Below, in pieces: positions 1 to 9,944 of a DNA stretch of 64,000 bases (the first letter of the stretch is position 1; every line of letters begins with the position of its first letter). The translations under genes were made by a program, and so were the position numbers. The notes under the pieces were generated by a model. The model worked only from the letters and a program-made list of their open reading frames with translations. It was not told where the DNA came from and made no database searches. The stretch is from sequence record OR413581.1; one strand, 5' to 3'.

Positions 1-876
1 CAGGTTCTTCGCCATGTAGATAGACGGTATCGTACAGCGAATGGACTGGTTAACGACTTGAATCAGCGCCGTAGGCGTGTTTGGATCGTAAACGTCACGA
101 CTGTGCGTGTGGTGGATTTCTGTCCAGGTGTTTGAATTGGACGGTTTATTCCACACCCGTGCGTAGAAGAACTTGTTGGTGAACGTGCGCGTCATCACAA
201 ACGTGTTCTGCCCCAACAACGTATCGTTCTCGTCCTTTACACTGTACTGCATCACCGGAATACGGATAGCCAATATCTGCGACGGTGTGCTAGGAACACT
301 TGTCAACTCCCAGTCCAACGCGTTAGTGGTTACGGGCGATATCGGTGACTGGGTTTCGGTAATCCACAAGACCTGGAAGGCTGGATTATCAACGGTACCA
401 TACGGCAGCACTCGAATTTCGATGGGATACTGTATGGCAAAGTTGTAACCTGAAACAGTAAAGACGGTATCCCGTGGAATCACGACTTTACGAATACCTG
501 CCACGTTTAACGGCATCGCCTTCGCTAATAGAGAGTCGACATCTAGAAGCAGCAGTAAAGTCGCTTGTGATGGCTGGGCAAAAACATCAACATAATCCAC
601 GTCAGACATGTGGCGGAACAGATCATCGTGAGTTTGTGCCATAGAGGGGAACATTTTCGGAATGGTATCCCGATCGCCCTGGATAATCGTGTGGCCCATC
701 GTAATTCCGACCTCGGTCATGTAGACCACCGGGTCGGTCGGGTCACGTAGCAGGATTTGCCCGTCGGCGTCCTGCACGTCTTGGAGCTGGTTCAGCATTA
801 ACGACTGCATTGCTGATGGGTTATGTGCCATCAGCAGCAAGTCTTTCGATAATGCGTCGTACGTTTTCGTAGTCAT
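1..876 (-). CDS. N-terminal part of a virion structural protein (probable baseplate wedge, phiKZ gp87-like); runs off the window
   Basis: Not in the ORF track. ATG at 876 overlaps the upstream TAA (TAATG) and reads MTTKTYDALSKDLLLMAHNPSAMQ... towards base 1. Product inferred from position in the phiKZ-like structural block. Confidence 0.65.
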   Translation of the reverse strand, partial: MTTKTYDALSKDLLLMAHNPSAMQSLMLNQLQDVQDADGQILLRDPTDPVVYMTEVGITMGHTIIQGDRDTIPKMFPSMAQTHDDLFRHMSDVDYVDVFAQPSQATLLLLLDVDSLLAKAMPLNVAGIRKVVIPRDTVFTVSGYNFAIQYPIEIRVLPYGTVDNPAFQVLWITETQSPISPVTTNALDWELTSVPSTPSQILAIRIPVMQYSVKDENDTLLGQNTFVMTRTFTNKFFYARVWNKPSNSNTWTEIHHTHSRDVYDPNTPTALIQVVNQSIRCTIPSIYMAKNL

Positions 877-2138
877 TACAGTAAGCCCGCTCGTTTAAGG
901 ATGAATTGGTAATCTGCCTGATAAACATACCAGGTCAGTTTACGACGCAGGGAGTCGATGTGCGGATAGCCGTAGTAGTTGAACAGCGGTAGTAGCTGTG
1001 GTGCAATCGGCACAAGCTGGTCTTCAGCAATCGGGATAAAGTTGCCCGCTGCAACGCTCCCTGGTTGCGGCATCATATCCGGGTTAAACATAGACACCGT
1101 CAAGTTGAACATCTCCATGTACAATGGGTCATCGAAGCGCGCCCCGATGCATTGCCAGTTGAGGTTAATTGTGGTGTCGTCATTTAATTGAGGCTTGGTG
1201 TTATCGACATTCGCCATTTGACCGGCGTTATCGTTCATTGGCCAACAAACACACGCTGTCCAGAAACGAGTGATGTTTCCGAGCGCGTCGTATTTGAACC
1301 CATACATCCTCGACTGGTAGTCAATGCGACGTTGGATGGAATTACGCATCTTCGGTTTGAACTTACCCATCTTAATGCCGGACATATATTCCAGCCACAC
1401 GCCCATCATTCGCATGATGGGGTTGCCGTATGGGTTGTTCAGCGACATTGACATGCTGTACTGGTTATTGATTTCATGTGTGGAGTCAACCATACCCCAC
1501 TGTTCGCGCATTAAACCTTCTTCAGACATCCAGTTATCGACAGACTGGTCAGGCATCCCCGAGAGGCTCAGCATCTGCGTACTCAGCAATGGTATGAATG
1601 CCTGAAGATTGTCAAACATAATGTCCTTCATGAATGGCGTGCCCAAACGGTTCTTTCTTCGCCCGTCTTCCATCGGTGAATCAGAGAACCCCAATTCAAA
1701 ATCTGGGTCCAACGCTGCCAGAATGGAATAGTCGAGTGACGATTTCGGCTGAGAAGCCATGTTCGACATCTTGCGCGAGTTGGCAATGTTGTCAAAGCAC
1801 AAGTTGAAGTCAGGGCGGGTAATGAAGGTTAGGCCACCGTACTCACGGTTAACAGGCGTCGGGTTCGACGCCATCATATGGTTGAACCCCATGTAGGGGT
1901 TGGTCACACGCTGCGCAGCCAGACCCAAACCTAACGTAAGACGGATACGGTCATTCCAACCCGATAACTCATCATTAACGTTGTACGCCGTGGTGGGTTT
2001 CGCATCGGACAGTCGACGGTCAAAGTAGTCGGCGACCGATGGTACTGCATCGATATTATTCGGGTTTTGATACGAATTGTCGTAGTCGGTATTCGGGTCA
2101 TACCCCGGATCGTTCTTATCGGTCTCGTTACTCATCAT
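876..2138 (-). CDS. conserved phiKZ-like virion structural (tail/baseplate) protein
   Basis: 420-aa ORF coupled to the downstream gene; GGAG RBS at 2142-2145 on minus strand; product by synteny only. Confidence 0.6.
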   Translation of the reverse strand: MMSNETDKNDPGYDPNTDYDNSYQNPNNIDAVPSVADYFDRRLSDAKPTTAYNVNDELSGWNDRIRLTLGLGLAAQRVTNPYMGFNHMMASNPTPVNREYGGLTFITRPDFNLCFDNIANSRKMSNMASQPKSSLDYSILAALDPDFELGFSDSPMEDGRRKNRLGTPFMKDIMFDNLQAFIPLLSTQMLSLSGMPDQSVDNWMSEEGLMREQWGMVDSTHEINNQYSMSMSLNNPYGNPIMRMMGVWLEYMSGIKMGKFKPKMRNSIQRRIDYQSRMYGFKYDALGNITRFWTACVCWPMNDNAGQMANVDNTKPQLNDDTTINLNWQCIGARFDDPLYMEMFNLTVSMFNPDMMPQPGSVAAGNFIPIAEDQLVPIAPQLLPLFNYYGYPHIDSLRRKLTWYVYQADYQFILKRAGLL

Positions 2139-2160
2139 TAACTCCGGAGTTTAGTTAAAA

Positions 2161-3279
2161 ATGGCAGAAAAAACATTTGAGACATCGCTCGTCTCCTTTC
2201 TTTCTAAGTTTCCCATGCTGCTTCGCCAGCGGGCGGAATCGACGGAAGAATTCAACTCTGTGCTGTACAACGAGCACACCACGCTGGTTGAACAAAGTCT
2301 GTTGGGCTTAGATTACCTGCCAGGTATTCTGGAGAAAATCCAAATCCTGCTCGCGGGCAACCAACTTACCGCCATCTCAATTCTGGTAGGTGTTCCTGAG
2401 GTTGATATCCTTGGTACGCTTGACCAGGTTAGCACCCGTCGTAATGCCCTCGATGCGGCTGCACGTTCGGGTTCTCGCTTAGCGTCTTTCGCAATCGGCG
2501 AGTCCTCCCGTCACACGCTGCCGTCATACGATAAAATCGGGCTTGCGGTCGGTGAATCCCGTCGCCAGAAATCCGATAACAAAGTAGCGACTGAATCGTC
2601 CGCAGGTTCTGTGCTGCCGAACAACACGCTGAAGCTCCTGCATGATCAAGAAGGTCTGTCCAACGGTAAAGTGTTCTCTGTTACCTTCGAACGTGACGGT
2701 AATAAAGTCGAGCTGCCGATGCGTCTGCGTCTTGATGTGAAGTCTCTGCCGACCGACGAAATGAAAACGCTCATTGCGTTCAGCGATCAAACCAAAACCT
2801 TCTGGGAACGTGTGCTGCGTGCGAAGGTCGGTTCTCTCAGCTACGCGAAAGATATCGCGCTGTGCAATGACCTCATTGAAGAATACCGTAAGAACCGCTT
2901 CCGTGATAAGTCCGGTTATTACCGTAAGATGATGGAAAAGAAAAACGCTAACTGGCTGTCTGGCCTGCTGACGCTGAGCCCATCCATCAACAACGCGTCT
3001 TCGGTTATGGTGGTTTCTCAAGAAACTATCGACGATCTGACTGCTCAGCTGGGCGGTGACTTCGATGATTACAATATCCGCCAGCGTGTGTTCAAAGACA
3101 CCCTGACTGTTTACTACGTGGTTGTCGACCAGACCTGGAACCGTGTAACCATTTATACGCGTGGTCAGACCGGGTCTCAAGAACTCGACAAATCAGACTT
3201 TAGCAAGGCGAAGTCCGGTAGCGGCGATGTAAACAAAATCATCGATGCCTATCGCGTCGGCGCGAATCCGGTACTGTAA
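2161..3279 (+). CDS. inner-head/ejection protein
   Basis: 372 aa; A/G-x-E-S motifs (IGES, VGES, ATES) typical of head proteins matured by the phiKZ-type prohead protease; synteny. Confidence 0.65.
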   Translation: MAEKTFETSLVSFLSKFPMLLRQRAESTEEFNSVLYNEHTTLVEQSLLGLDYLPGILEKIQILLAGNQLTAISILVGVPEVDILGTLDQVSTRRNALDAAARSGSRLASFAIGESSRHTLPSYDKIGLAVGESRRQKSDNKVATESSAGSVLPNNTLKLLHDQEGLSNGKVFSVTFERDGNKVELPMRLRLDVKSLPTDEMKTLIAFSDQTKTFWERVLRAKVGSLSYAKDIALCNDLIEEYRKNRFRDKSGYYRKMMEKKNANWLSGLLTLSPSINNASSVMVVSQETIDDLTAQLGGDFDDYNIRQRVFKDTLTVYYVVVDQTWNRVTIYTRGQTGSQELDKSDFSKAKSGSGDVNKIIDAYRVGANPVL

Positions 3280-3289
3280 GGGGAAAAGA

Positions 3290-4222
3290 ATGCCGATTCC
3301 GAATATGTTGGCGATGTTGCTGCCGAGCTTCGAAGCCACGAACTTAAAAAATCAACTGTCATCTAACTGCGACTCGATTGCTGCGTTAGAGCCACAGTTC
3401 CAGAACCTCCAGGAACTGGTAGGAAGTATCCAGGGTAAGCCATTTAAAGCGAAGCCTGTTGCAGACCTTTCTACTGAAATCGTTAAGTACCTGCATAGCT
3501 CCGGTTTGGAAGTTAAAGGGTTACGTAACGCAAGTATGCTGGAGTACGTCATCGCGTCTATGCAGAACGTACAGGCGCTGCGACCTTTCCTGGAGCAGTG
3601 TATCGACCGCGACATCGGGAAGACGTTGGTGACATCATCTCTAACGTTCAACAAACAAACCGTGTTGCAGTTGCTGGATATGATCGAATTCTTCGTCGGT
3701 TACGCTAGCACCCTGATTAACTACATCACGGCCGAAGAGATTGCCGCTGTACAAGACTCGAACATTGCAGTGAAGGGAATCGGTCCGAAAGACCTTCAGT
3801 ATCTGCAAACCCGTAAGACGTCTTTCTGTATTGCGGTGCGCGTCCTGGCAACCCCCATTACCAAACTGAAAGCAGACTACGCTGAGATACCTGAAGCGGT
3901 GTTTGACGAAGAGACATATAGCCAATTGGTTCAGCAGTTCGGTTCGAACACCACTGATCCACTGGGTATGTCCTCCGTTCCGTTCCCGCTGTCAATTGTC
4001 TACCGCGTGCGTCTGAATATTGCAGAATGGCAAATGGATCGTTATGACGAGTGCGTGGAAGCCGCGAAAGCGACTGAGCTGCGTATTCTGTTGTACAAGA
4101 AACAACAGGCTGCCGGTGAAGGGGACGTGCACATTGAGAAACTCATCGAAGCACACGAAAAGCGCTTGATGGAACTCAAGTACAAACGTGAACGTCTGGA
4201 GAAAAAATACGGTCTGGTTTAA
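3290..4222 (+). CDS. inner-head/ejection protein
   Basis: 310 aa from ATG 3290 (RBS AAGGGG); helical; lies in head-protein cluster. Confidence 0.6.
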   Translation: MPIPNMLAMLLPSFEATNLKNQLSSNCDSIAALEPQFQNLQELVGSIQGKPFKAKPVADLSTEIVKYLHSSGLEVKGLRNASMLEYVIASMQNVQALRPFLEQCIDRDIGKTLVTSSLTFNKQTVLQLLDMIEFFVGYASTLINYITAEEIAAVQDSNIAVKGIGPKDLQYLQTRKTSFCIAVRVLATPITKLKADYAEIPEAVFDEETYSQLVQQFGSNTTDPLGMSSVPFPLSIVYRVRLNIAEWQMDRYDECVEAAKATELRILLYKKQQAAGEGDVHIEKLIEAHEKRLMELKYKRERLEKKYGLV

Positions 4223-4245
4223 GGCCGTATTATCAGGAGAGTCTC

Positions 4246-4803
4246 ATGTTTGACAATGACCAGAATTTTAACCTCGCCGAGAAGTTGATTAAAAACTACA
4301 TGGCGAAACTGACCCAAAACCCCGTGCTGGTTCATGACGACGAACTGATACATGAAACCCTGGAAGCTGCAGCCGTTGTGCTGCCGTATTTCCGCATGAT
4401 GGGCGCTGACTCTGTCCAACAAGTATTATATGACGAATATCCGCAGGTCGGTTTTACGTTTAATACGTTTTATAACGAATCTGCATCGTTCATACTTGAC
4501 GGTAAACGCCGTACAGTGTCAACAGGACAGTGGTCCGTTCTTCTGGTATCGTACATGAACGATATCCACTCTACTAAGCAAGTAGAGCGAACCGGTTCCC
4601 TGGGCTCACGACTTCTTGCTGCGGCTTACGGTCGTAGTGGGCAAGTTCGCCGTATGGGAACTGCGCATCAGACGTACACGCCTGACCGGCGTCTATTATC
4701 TTATGCAGACCACGAACTGCTGGCACGTTGGTTGACACGTCCGAACGGGTTATCCGATATGATCTCGTCGTTAGCAGTGTTTTTAAAAATCGCACGTCCC
4801 TAA
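4246..4803 (+). CDS. virion head protein (small)
   Basis: 185 aa, RBS AGGAG; synteny in head cluster. Confidence 0.55.
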   Translation: MFDNDQNFNLAEKLIKNYMAKLTQNPVLVHDDELIHETLEAAAVVLPYFRMMGADSVQQVLYDEYPQVGFTFNTFYNESASFILDGKRRTVSTGQWSVLLVSYMNDIHSTKQVERTGSLGSRLLAAAYGRSGQVRRMGTAHQTYTPDRRLLSYADHELLARWLTRPNGLSDMISSLAVFLKIARP

Positions 4804-4859
4804 GGGGGCCCCTTATCTAGGGGCGTGTAATTGGGTTATAACCAAAGGAACCGAAACAA

Positions 4860-6137
4860 ATGGCAAACTTTGTAAAAAGTAAACTCGCCCGCGAGTCCGT
4901 TGAAGCTACCGGCGACGTAATCGACGGTCTGAGCAACGTTGAACCGGCAGAAGAGAACATCGACGTTCAGCTGGCAGAAGTTGCGTCTATCGACGGTCAG
5001 CTGGAACAGCTCGATGGTGACCAGGAAACTCTGGCTGCTGATACCGAGCGTACCGAAGCTGCTATCGACGCTGCTGACGAAAAAATCGAAAACGGTGAAG
5101 AGATGCCTGAAGAAGCCATCGCTCACACCGAAGTGGCGCAGGAATCTATCCGTAAGCGTTGGGCTATCGATCGTACCAAACTGGCACGCGAATCTTATCG
5201 CCGTGGCCGTGGCATGACCAAAGCAGCTCAGGAAGGCTGGAAAGAAACCCTGAAAGATCTGTTCGAACGCTTCGTTGAACTGTGTAAAGCAGTTATCGCG
5301 AAAGCGAAAGAGCTGAAACTGAAATACATCAACGTTGGTAAGTCCGCGCAGAAACGTGCGAAAGCTTACCAGGAGATGCTGCGTAAGCTCGGCAAACAGA
5401 AGAAAGAAAACATTTCTGGTGGCTTTATTAGCAAACTGTCTATCGAAGGTGAATTCGATGTGGCCAACTCTATCGCTATCGCGAAAGAGCTGACCGGCGG
5501 TAAAGCGAAAGATGCTATCAACAAGCTGTCCTCTCAGGCGGCTGACTCTGCTGTAGCGATCGCCAAAACTTCAGACGGTACCGCAACCGCTGCTAAAGGC
5601 GCTGTTGACGTTGCCCTGTTTGGTACCGCTGCGAAGAAACTGCGCGCACTGCCGCAATTCGAAGACGGCGAAGGCGGTCAGAAAGTTCTGGCACTGCCAG
5701 GCAACGCCTATGTACAGACCGGCAGCAAAACTCTGGCAGGCGGTCAGGAATTCACCGCAGTGGCCTTCCTGTCGACGGGTGACGTTTCTGAAACGAAAGA
5801 AATCGCTACTCCGGCTATTTCTGCACTGGCATCTGCTGCGTCTGCCCTGGACGTTATCGGTAAAGGCTTCGAGAAAGTCCTGCAAGACTTCCGCAGCTAC
5901 GACGCTGACGTTGAGAAACTGGAAGAGGCTGCTGCCAAAGCTGCTGCCGCTCTGAAAAAATCCAACGACGAAGGCGAGTGGGAAGCGCTGCGTAATGCAC
6001 GCACTGCAGCTGACCAGGCTGTGCGTAACTACCAGACTCTGAACCGTGCTGTGGCTCACGTTGGTAACACTGTTATCAGCGGCCTGAACGGCTACATCGG
6101 CGCTGGTATTGGCGCGTACGAAAAGTCTAAAGCTTAA
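4860..6137 (+). CDS. abundant inner-head protein, paralog 1 (SPN3US gp53/phiKZ gp93-like family)
   Basis: 425 aa; acidic N-terminal propeptide with ARE-12, AQE-95, ARE-111, AQE-125; strong high-expression codon bias. Confidence 0.85.
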   Translation: MANFVKSKLARESVEATGDVIDGLSNVEPAEENIDVQLAEVASIDGQLEQLDGDQETLAADTERTEAAIDAADEKIENGEEMPEEAIAHTEVAQESIRKRWAIDRTKLARESYRRGRGMTKAAQEGWKETLKDLFERFVELCKAVIAKAKELKLKYINVGKSAQKRAKAYQEMLRKLGKQKKENISGGFISKLSIEGEFDVANSIAIAKELTGGKAKDAINKLSSQAADSAVAIAKTSDGTATAAKGAVDVALFGTAAKKLRALPQFEDGEGGQKVLALPGNAYVQTGSKTLAGGQEFTAVAFLSTGDVSETKEIATPAISALASAASALDVIGKGFEKVLQDFRSYDADVEKLEEAAAKAAAALKKSNDEGEWEALRNARTAADQAVRNYQTLNRAVAHVGNTVISGLNGYIGAGIGAYEKSKA

Positions 6138-6214
6138 TCCGCTTTACGTACTGAACGTCAGTTGACAAATCATTAATGGCGGTACACGGCGTACCGCCTA
6201 GAGGATAGAAAAAG

Positions 6215-7474
6215 ATGGCTAACTTTGTAAAAAGTAAACTCGCTCGTGAATCTGTCGAAGGCGCAGGCACTGTCGTTCCAGATGGTATCGAGCTGCCGGC
6301 TGAGTCCGTGGAAGGTACCCTGGCCGACATCGAGCATGACACCAAACCGATCGACCAGCTGGACGCAGAAGCAGACGTGCTGGCAGAAGACGGTGACGAA
6401 ACTGATGCACAGCTGGATGCAGTTGATGCTGCTGAAGCCGCCGCTGATGGCGAAGGCGAAGATGGCGAAGAGCCAATGGAAGTGGAAGAAGATATGCCTG
6501 ACGAAGCTGCTGAGCAGCTGGACGTTGCGCAGGAATCTATCCGTAAACGTTGGGCATTCGATCACCGCGTAAGCGTTGCGCAGGAATCTTACGGCGCACG
6601 TAAACGCCGTCAGGTTGCTCGTGAATCACTGTGGGACGACATCAAAGCGTTCCTGCAGCGTATCTTCGACTGGCTGAAAGAACAAGGCCGTAAAATCAAA
6701 GATCGCTGGCTCAAGTTCAGCAACCAGGGTAAATCCATTCAGGCGCGCGCTAAGAAATATGACGCGGCTCTGCGTGGCCTGGGCAAGCAGAAGAAAGACA
6801 CCGTTAGCGGTGGGTTCATTAAGAACCTGACCACCGGTGGTAAGTTTGTTGGTGACGACATCAACGTCCTGAAAGGTGTTCTGTCTACTATCGGCAGCAT
6901 CTACGGCGAGCAGGAAGCAGTGGTCAAAGATGCAACCCGCATGGTCAGCTCAGTTGAAGGCGGCAAACTGAACAGCGGCTTCGCAGCAGCGGTTAACAAA
7001 GCCACTGCAGGCAAAGCGGGCGAAGTTCAACTGCTGGGTAACCAGATCGGTAAAGCTGACGTGAAAGTGAACGGTGATGACCTGGAAGCTTCCTTCACCG
7101 TTATCGATGCTGAAGGCAGCGTAGAAAAATCTGTTTCTACTCCGTCTGCTCAGACGCTGTCTTCTCTGGTTGCGTTCTTCAACCAGCTGGGTAAAGCAGT
7201 CGAAGAGAACGTGAAAGCGTACCACAAAAATAACCAGGCTCAAGAATCGTACGAGCGGGCTATTGAGGCGCTGCTGAAACGTATCGACGGCGTGAAGATC
7301 GACGACAACGCTGAACTGACTTCCAACGTCCGTGTTGCACGTCGTGCAATCACCGTTGCGAACCAGTACATCTCCTGGACCGAACGTTGCGTTGCAACTG
7401 GCCAGAAAAACCTGATCGCCGGCGTTAACGGCTACATCAGCGCTGGTATCGGTGCGTATGAAAAGTCTAAGTAA
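6215..7474 (+). CDS. abundant inner-head protein, paralog 2 (SPN3US gp54-like)
   Basis: 419 aa; same first 13 aa and near-identical C-terminus as the preceding gene; AQE-107, AQE-124, ARE-137. Confidence 0.85.
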   Translation: MANFVKSKLARESVEGAGTVVPDGIELPAESVEGTLADIEHDTKPIDQLDAEADVLAEDGDETDAQLDAVDAAEAAADGEGEDGEEPMEVEEDMPDEAAEQLDVAQESIRKRWAFDHRVSVAQESYGARKRRQVARESLWDDIKAFLQRIFDWLKEQGRKIKDRWLKFSNQGKSIQARAKKYDAALRGLGKQKKDTVSGGFIKNLTTGGKFVGDDINVLKGVLSTIGSIYGEQEAVVKDATRMVSSVEGGKLNSGFAAAVNKATAGKAGEVQLLGNQIGKADVKVNGDDLEASFTVIDAEGSVEKSVSTPSAQTLSSLVAFFNQLGKAVEENVKAYHKNNQAQESYERAIEALLKRIDGVKIDDNAELTSNVRVARRAITVANQYISWTERCVATGQKNLIAGVNGYISAGIGAYEKSK

Positions 7475-7485
7475 TTAGACTGGCG

Positions 7486-7525
7486 AATCCCCCACTTCGG
7501 TGGGGGATTTACCCTTTCTTTTTTT
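7486..7525 (+). terminator. intrinsic terminator
   Basis: AATCCCCCAC-TTCG-GTGGGGGATT then T-tract. Confidence 0.9.
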
Positions 7526-7543
7526 GTCTCAGATTAGAAAAGA

Positions 7544-7568
7544 TTTCAGATATATATTACCTAGGTGA
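7544..7568 (+). promoter_or_regulatory. early-type phage promoter (virion RNAP class)
   Basis: TTTCAGATATATATTACCTAGGTGA, identical at 16046; contains the phiKZ early consensus TATATTAC. Confidence 0.8.
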
Positions 7569-7610
7569 GATTGCATTGGTAATCTTTTAACCGACCATCA
7601 CTTAAGGAAT

Positions 7611-8372
7611 ATGAAAATGAAAACTATCAATCTGCTTACTCTGGCTAATGGCTCTATCGAACGTAGCGAAGACGACGGTGCTATCCTGCAAGCAACCAAC
7701 GGCTTTAAAATTAGACTGTCCCCAATTCAATTCACCGGCTTACAAGTCTGGCTGCGCGAAATCAACAAACGCAAACTGCCGCGCCGTATGGCGGTTGGTG
7801 ACCTGCTCTTTACACTGGATAACGTTGACGGTGTTAAACCGGAACTGTACGAAGTTCAGTACAAAGCCGCAGTCGATACACTGCGACTGAAGAAAGGGGA
7901 AGAAATCAAATTCATTCCGGTGACCTATAATGGCAACAATTACCTGCAGATGGAAGACACCCCGTTCGCTGCGCACGTCACTGACACCGCCGTTGAATTG
8001 GTCATTGCCTTTGGTCTGGTTGCGACTCCGGCGGTACTGGAAATCAGCGAAGACCCACTGCAAGATTTCGGTACGCTGTTCGATACCATGCTGGGTGGCA
8101 TGAAGCTCGGGAATATCACCAAGGTCATCCGCCGTATTCCGATTCTGAATGCGCAGCCGAAAGTGATGACCCTGGCAGAAAGCATGATGGAACACCCGGA
8201 GCTGACTGCTGAAGAAATTCAGGCGCAAGAAGACGCAATTGAAGAAGAACGTCAGAACGCCCAGCGTGAAGCCATGAAGCCGTTCCGTGGTTTCCTGGAT
8301 GCTATCTTCGACTGTGCGAACTCGCTGATGAAACCAGTTGAAGTGAAAACCGCTGAAGAACCAGCAGCGTAA
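7611..8372 (+). CDS. hypothetical early protein
   Basis: 253 aa, RBS AAGGA, phage codon bias. Confidence 0.8.
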   Translation: MKMKTINLLTLANGSIERSEDDGAILQATNGFKIRLSPIQFTGLQVWLREINKRKLPRRMAVGDLLFTLDNVDGVKPELYEVQYKAAVDTLRLKKGEEIKFIPVTYNGNNYLQMEDTPFAAHVTDTAVELVIAFGLVATPAVLEISEDPLQDFGTLFDTMLGGMKLGNITKVIRRIPILNAQPKVMTLAESMMEHPELTAEEIQAQEDAIEEERQNAQREAMKPFRGFLDAIFDCANSLMKPVEVKTAEEPAA

Positions 8373-8375
8373 ATA

Positions 8376-8398
8376 TTACGTTAGCCTGAAACCGTATG
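8376..8398 (+). promoter_or_regulatory. bipartite promoter candidate TTAC-N15-TATG
   Basis: AAATATTAC at 8371-8379, TATG at 8395-8398; same spacing at 9 other intergenic sites. Confidence 0.65.
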
Positions 8399-8399
8399 T

Positions 8400-8426
8400 A
8401 ATCGACCATTAATCTTAAGGAGTATT
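8400..8426 (+). repeat. conserved 27-nt leader/RBS element (variant)
   Basis: AATCGACCATTAATCTTAAGGAGTATT; 2 mismatches to the identical copies at 16092 and 44594. Confidence 0.8.
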
Positions 8427-8430
8427 TATA

Positions 8431-8976
8431 ATGAAACGTGTCAATCTTAAAGATATTATTAGCGTAAGTAACGATAAATCATCGCCCCTTTGGGATGAGG
8501 TTACTACGCTGCAATTTAGTACCAGTGTCATGACAATCCCACGTCCAGTTATGATTGGTCTGGGCGTATTCATTTTAGAATGCGACCGTCGTTCAGCAGG
8601 CACGCACATCCTAACGTACGGTGGGTACGAGTTTGTCGTCGAAAGCGAACTTAACAAACATTGCTCAGAGGGCATCATCGGTCTTTGGAAATACTTAATC
8701 GATGCGGGATTGTCCGACATGTCTAAAGTCTGTAGTCACGATTACGGTAAGTTGGAACATTTTGTTCGTCGTAACGGTGAGCGTGTTCCGGTGACGATTG
8801 ATGGTTACCAGACCAAAATGGTCACCGCGCCTTACAGCGCTGAGGGGATACGTGCAACGCTTTACATTCGCCAGACGCTCGTACGTGATGACCTGTTAGA
8901 CGAAGCAGAGCAAACTCTACATGGTCGTGTTGTGAACCTCGCACCGTCTTACGACGCGCAGCGTATGGTTCAATGA
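8431..8976 (+). CDS. hypothetical protein
   Basis: 181 aa, RBS AAGGAG. Confidence 0.8.
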   Translation: MKRVNLKDIISVSNDKSSPLWDEVTTLQFSTSVMTIPRPVMIGLGVFILECDRRSAGTHILTYGGYEFVVESELNKHCSEGIIGLWKYLIDAGLSDMSKVCSHDYGKLEHFVRRNGERVPVTIDGYQTKMVTAPYSAEGIRATLYIRQTLVRDDLLDEAEQTLHGRVVNLAPSYDAQRMVQ

Positions 8977-8982
8977 TTTAAT

Positions 8983-9012
8983 AAGGTGGCCTAACAAGCC
9001 ACCTTCTTTTTT
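8983..9012 (+). terminator. intrinsic terminator
   Basis: AAGGTGGC/GCCACCTT stem plus T-tract. Confidence 0.8.
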
Positions 9013-9020
9013 GGGATTGT

Positions 9021-9395
9021 GTGATGACCGATAAATTTAAATTTGAGATGACGCCAGAAACCGCAAACGTAGAACCGCAGATTCGCCTCCGTGTACGAGA
9101 TGTCGAATACTGTCTAGCGATAGTTGAAGAAGACCTGGCAGAGGCCTTGTTGCTGCTCGGCGACAGAGAATGGCTTGGCACGCTAACTATTAGGCTTAAG
9201 AGGCCGTTGGTTGGTAGTGGGATGTTTGCAGGTTGCTGTACGAACAGTCTGTTGGTCGAAGTGGATGCCAGAACGGTATCACTGTCGGTGATTCTGGACT
9301 ATCCGGTGACATTCTCGTATAGCCGTCTTGAATTTAGTCGTTATTTACGTCGCGCAATGAAAGAATTATCTAAAGCCCGTAGGAGCAAACCGTGA
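9021..9395 (+). CDS. hypothetical protein
   Basis: 124 aa, 4-nt overlap with DHFR start. Confidence 0.7.
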   Translation: MMTDKFKFEMTPETANVEPQIRLRVRDVEYCLAIVEEDLAEALLLLGDREWLGTLTIRLKRPLVGSGMFAGCCTNSLLVEVDARTVSLSVILDYPVTFSYSRLEFSRYLRRAMKELSKARRSKP

Positions 9396-9943
9396 AACTC
9401 TCTATTATCGTCGCGATGGACCGCAACAACGCCATCGGTAAAAACAATGAACTGCCGTGGCGTCTGCCTGCCGACCTGGCTAACTTTAAGGCAATTACCA
9501 CAGGGAAGAACGTTATCATGGGTAGTAAGACCTGGGAATCGTTAGGTTGTCGTCCTTTGCCTAACCGCGGTAACTTAATTGTTACTCGTAACCCAGAAGG
9601 GTACATCAATGGCCGGGAAGAACACACCGACATGCGTTTGGTGACGTTTCACACGAGTATTGATTTAGCCATCAAAGCTCTGGAACGTATCGAGAAAGAT
9701 ACCGGAAAAGAGCAAGAGGTGATGATTATTGGCGGCGCATCAGTTTATCAACAAACCCTCGCTCGTGCGGATCGTATTTATCTATCGCGTATTGACATTG
9801 CTGTTGAAGGTGCAGATGCATTCTTCCCAGAAATCGACAGAGATGTTTTTCAAGTCGACTACACCATGACCCATTTACCCGACGGCCAGAAACACACGCA
9901 CCGTTGGACGTATCAAATTTTAAATCGTATCGCTGGAGTTTAA
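9392..9943 (+). CDS. folA: dihydrofolate reductase
   Basis: IVAMDRNNAIGKNNELPW, DLANFK, VIMGSKTWESL, PLPNRGNLIVTR, IIGGASVY motifs. Confidence 0.97.
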   Translation: MKLSIIVAMDRNNAIGKNNELPWRLPADLANFKAITTGKNVIMGSKTWESLGCRPLPNRGNLIVTRNPEGYINGREEHTDMRLVTFHTSIDLAIKALERIEKDTGKEQEVMIIGGASVYQQTLARADRIYLSRIDIAVEGADAFFPEIDRDVFQVDYTMTHLPDGQKHTHRWTYQILNRIAGV

Positions 9944-9944
9944 A

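Noticed and set aside
6162-6190. TTGACA as a sigma70 -35 box
   Set aside because: No -10 element at 16-18 nt (CACGGC).
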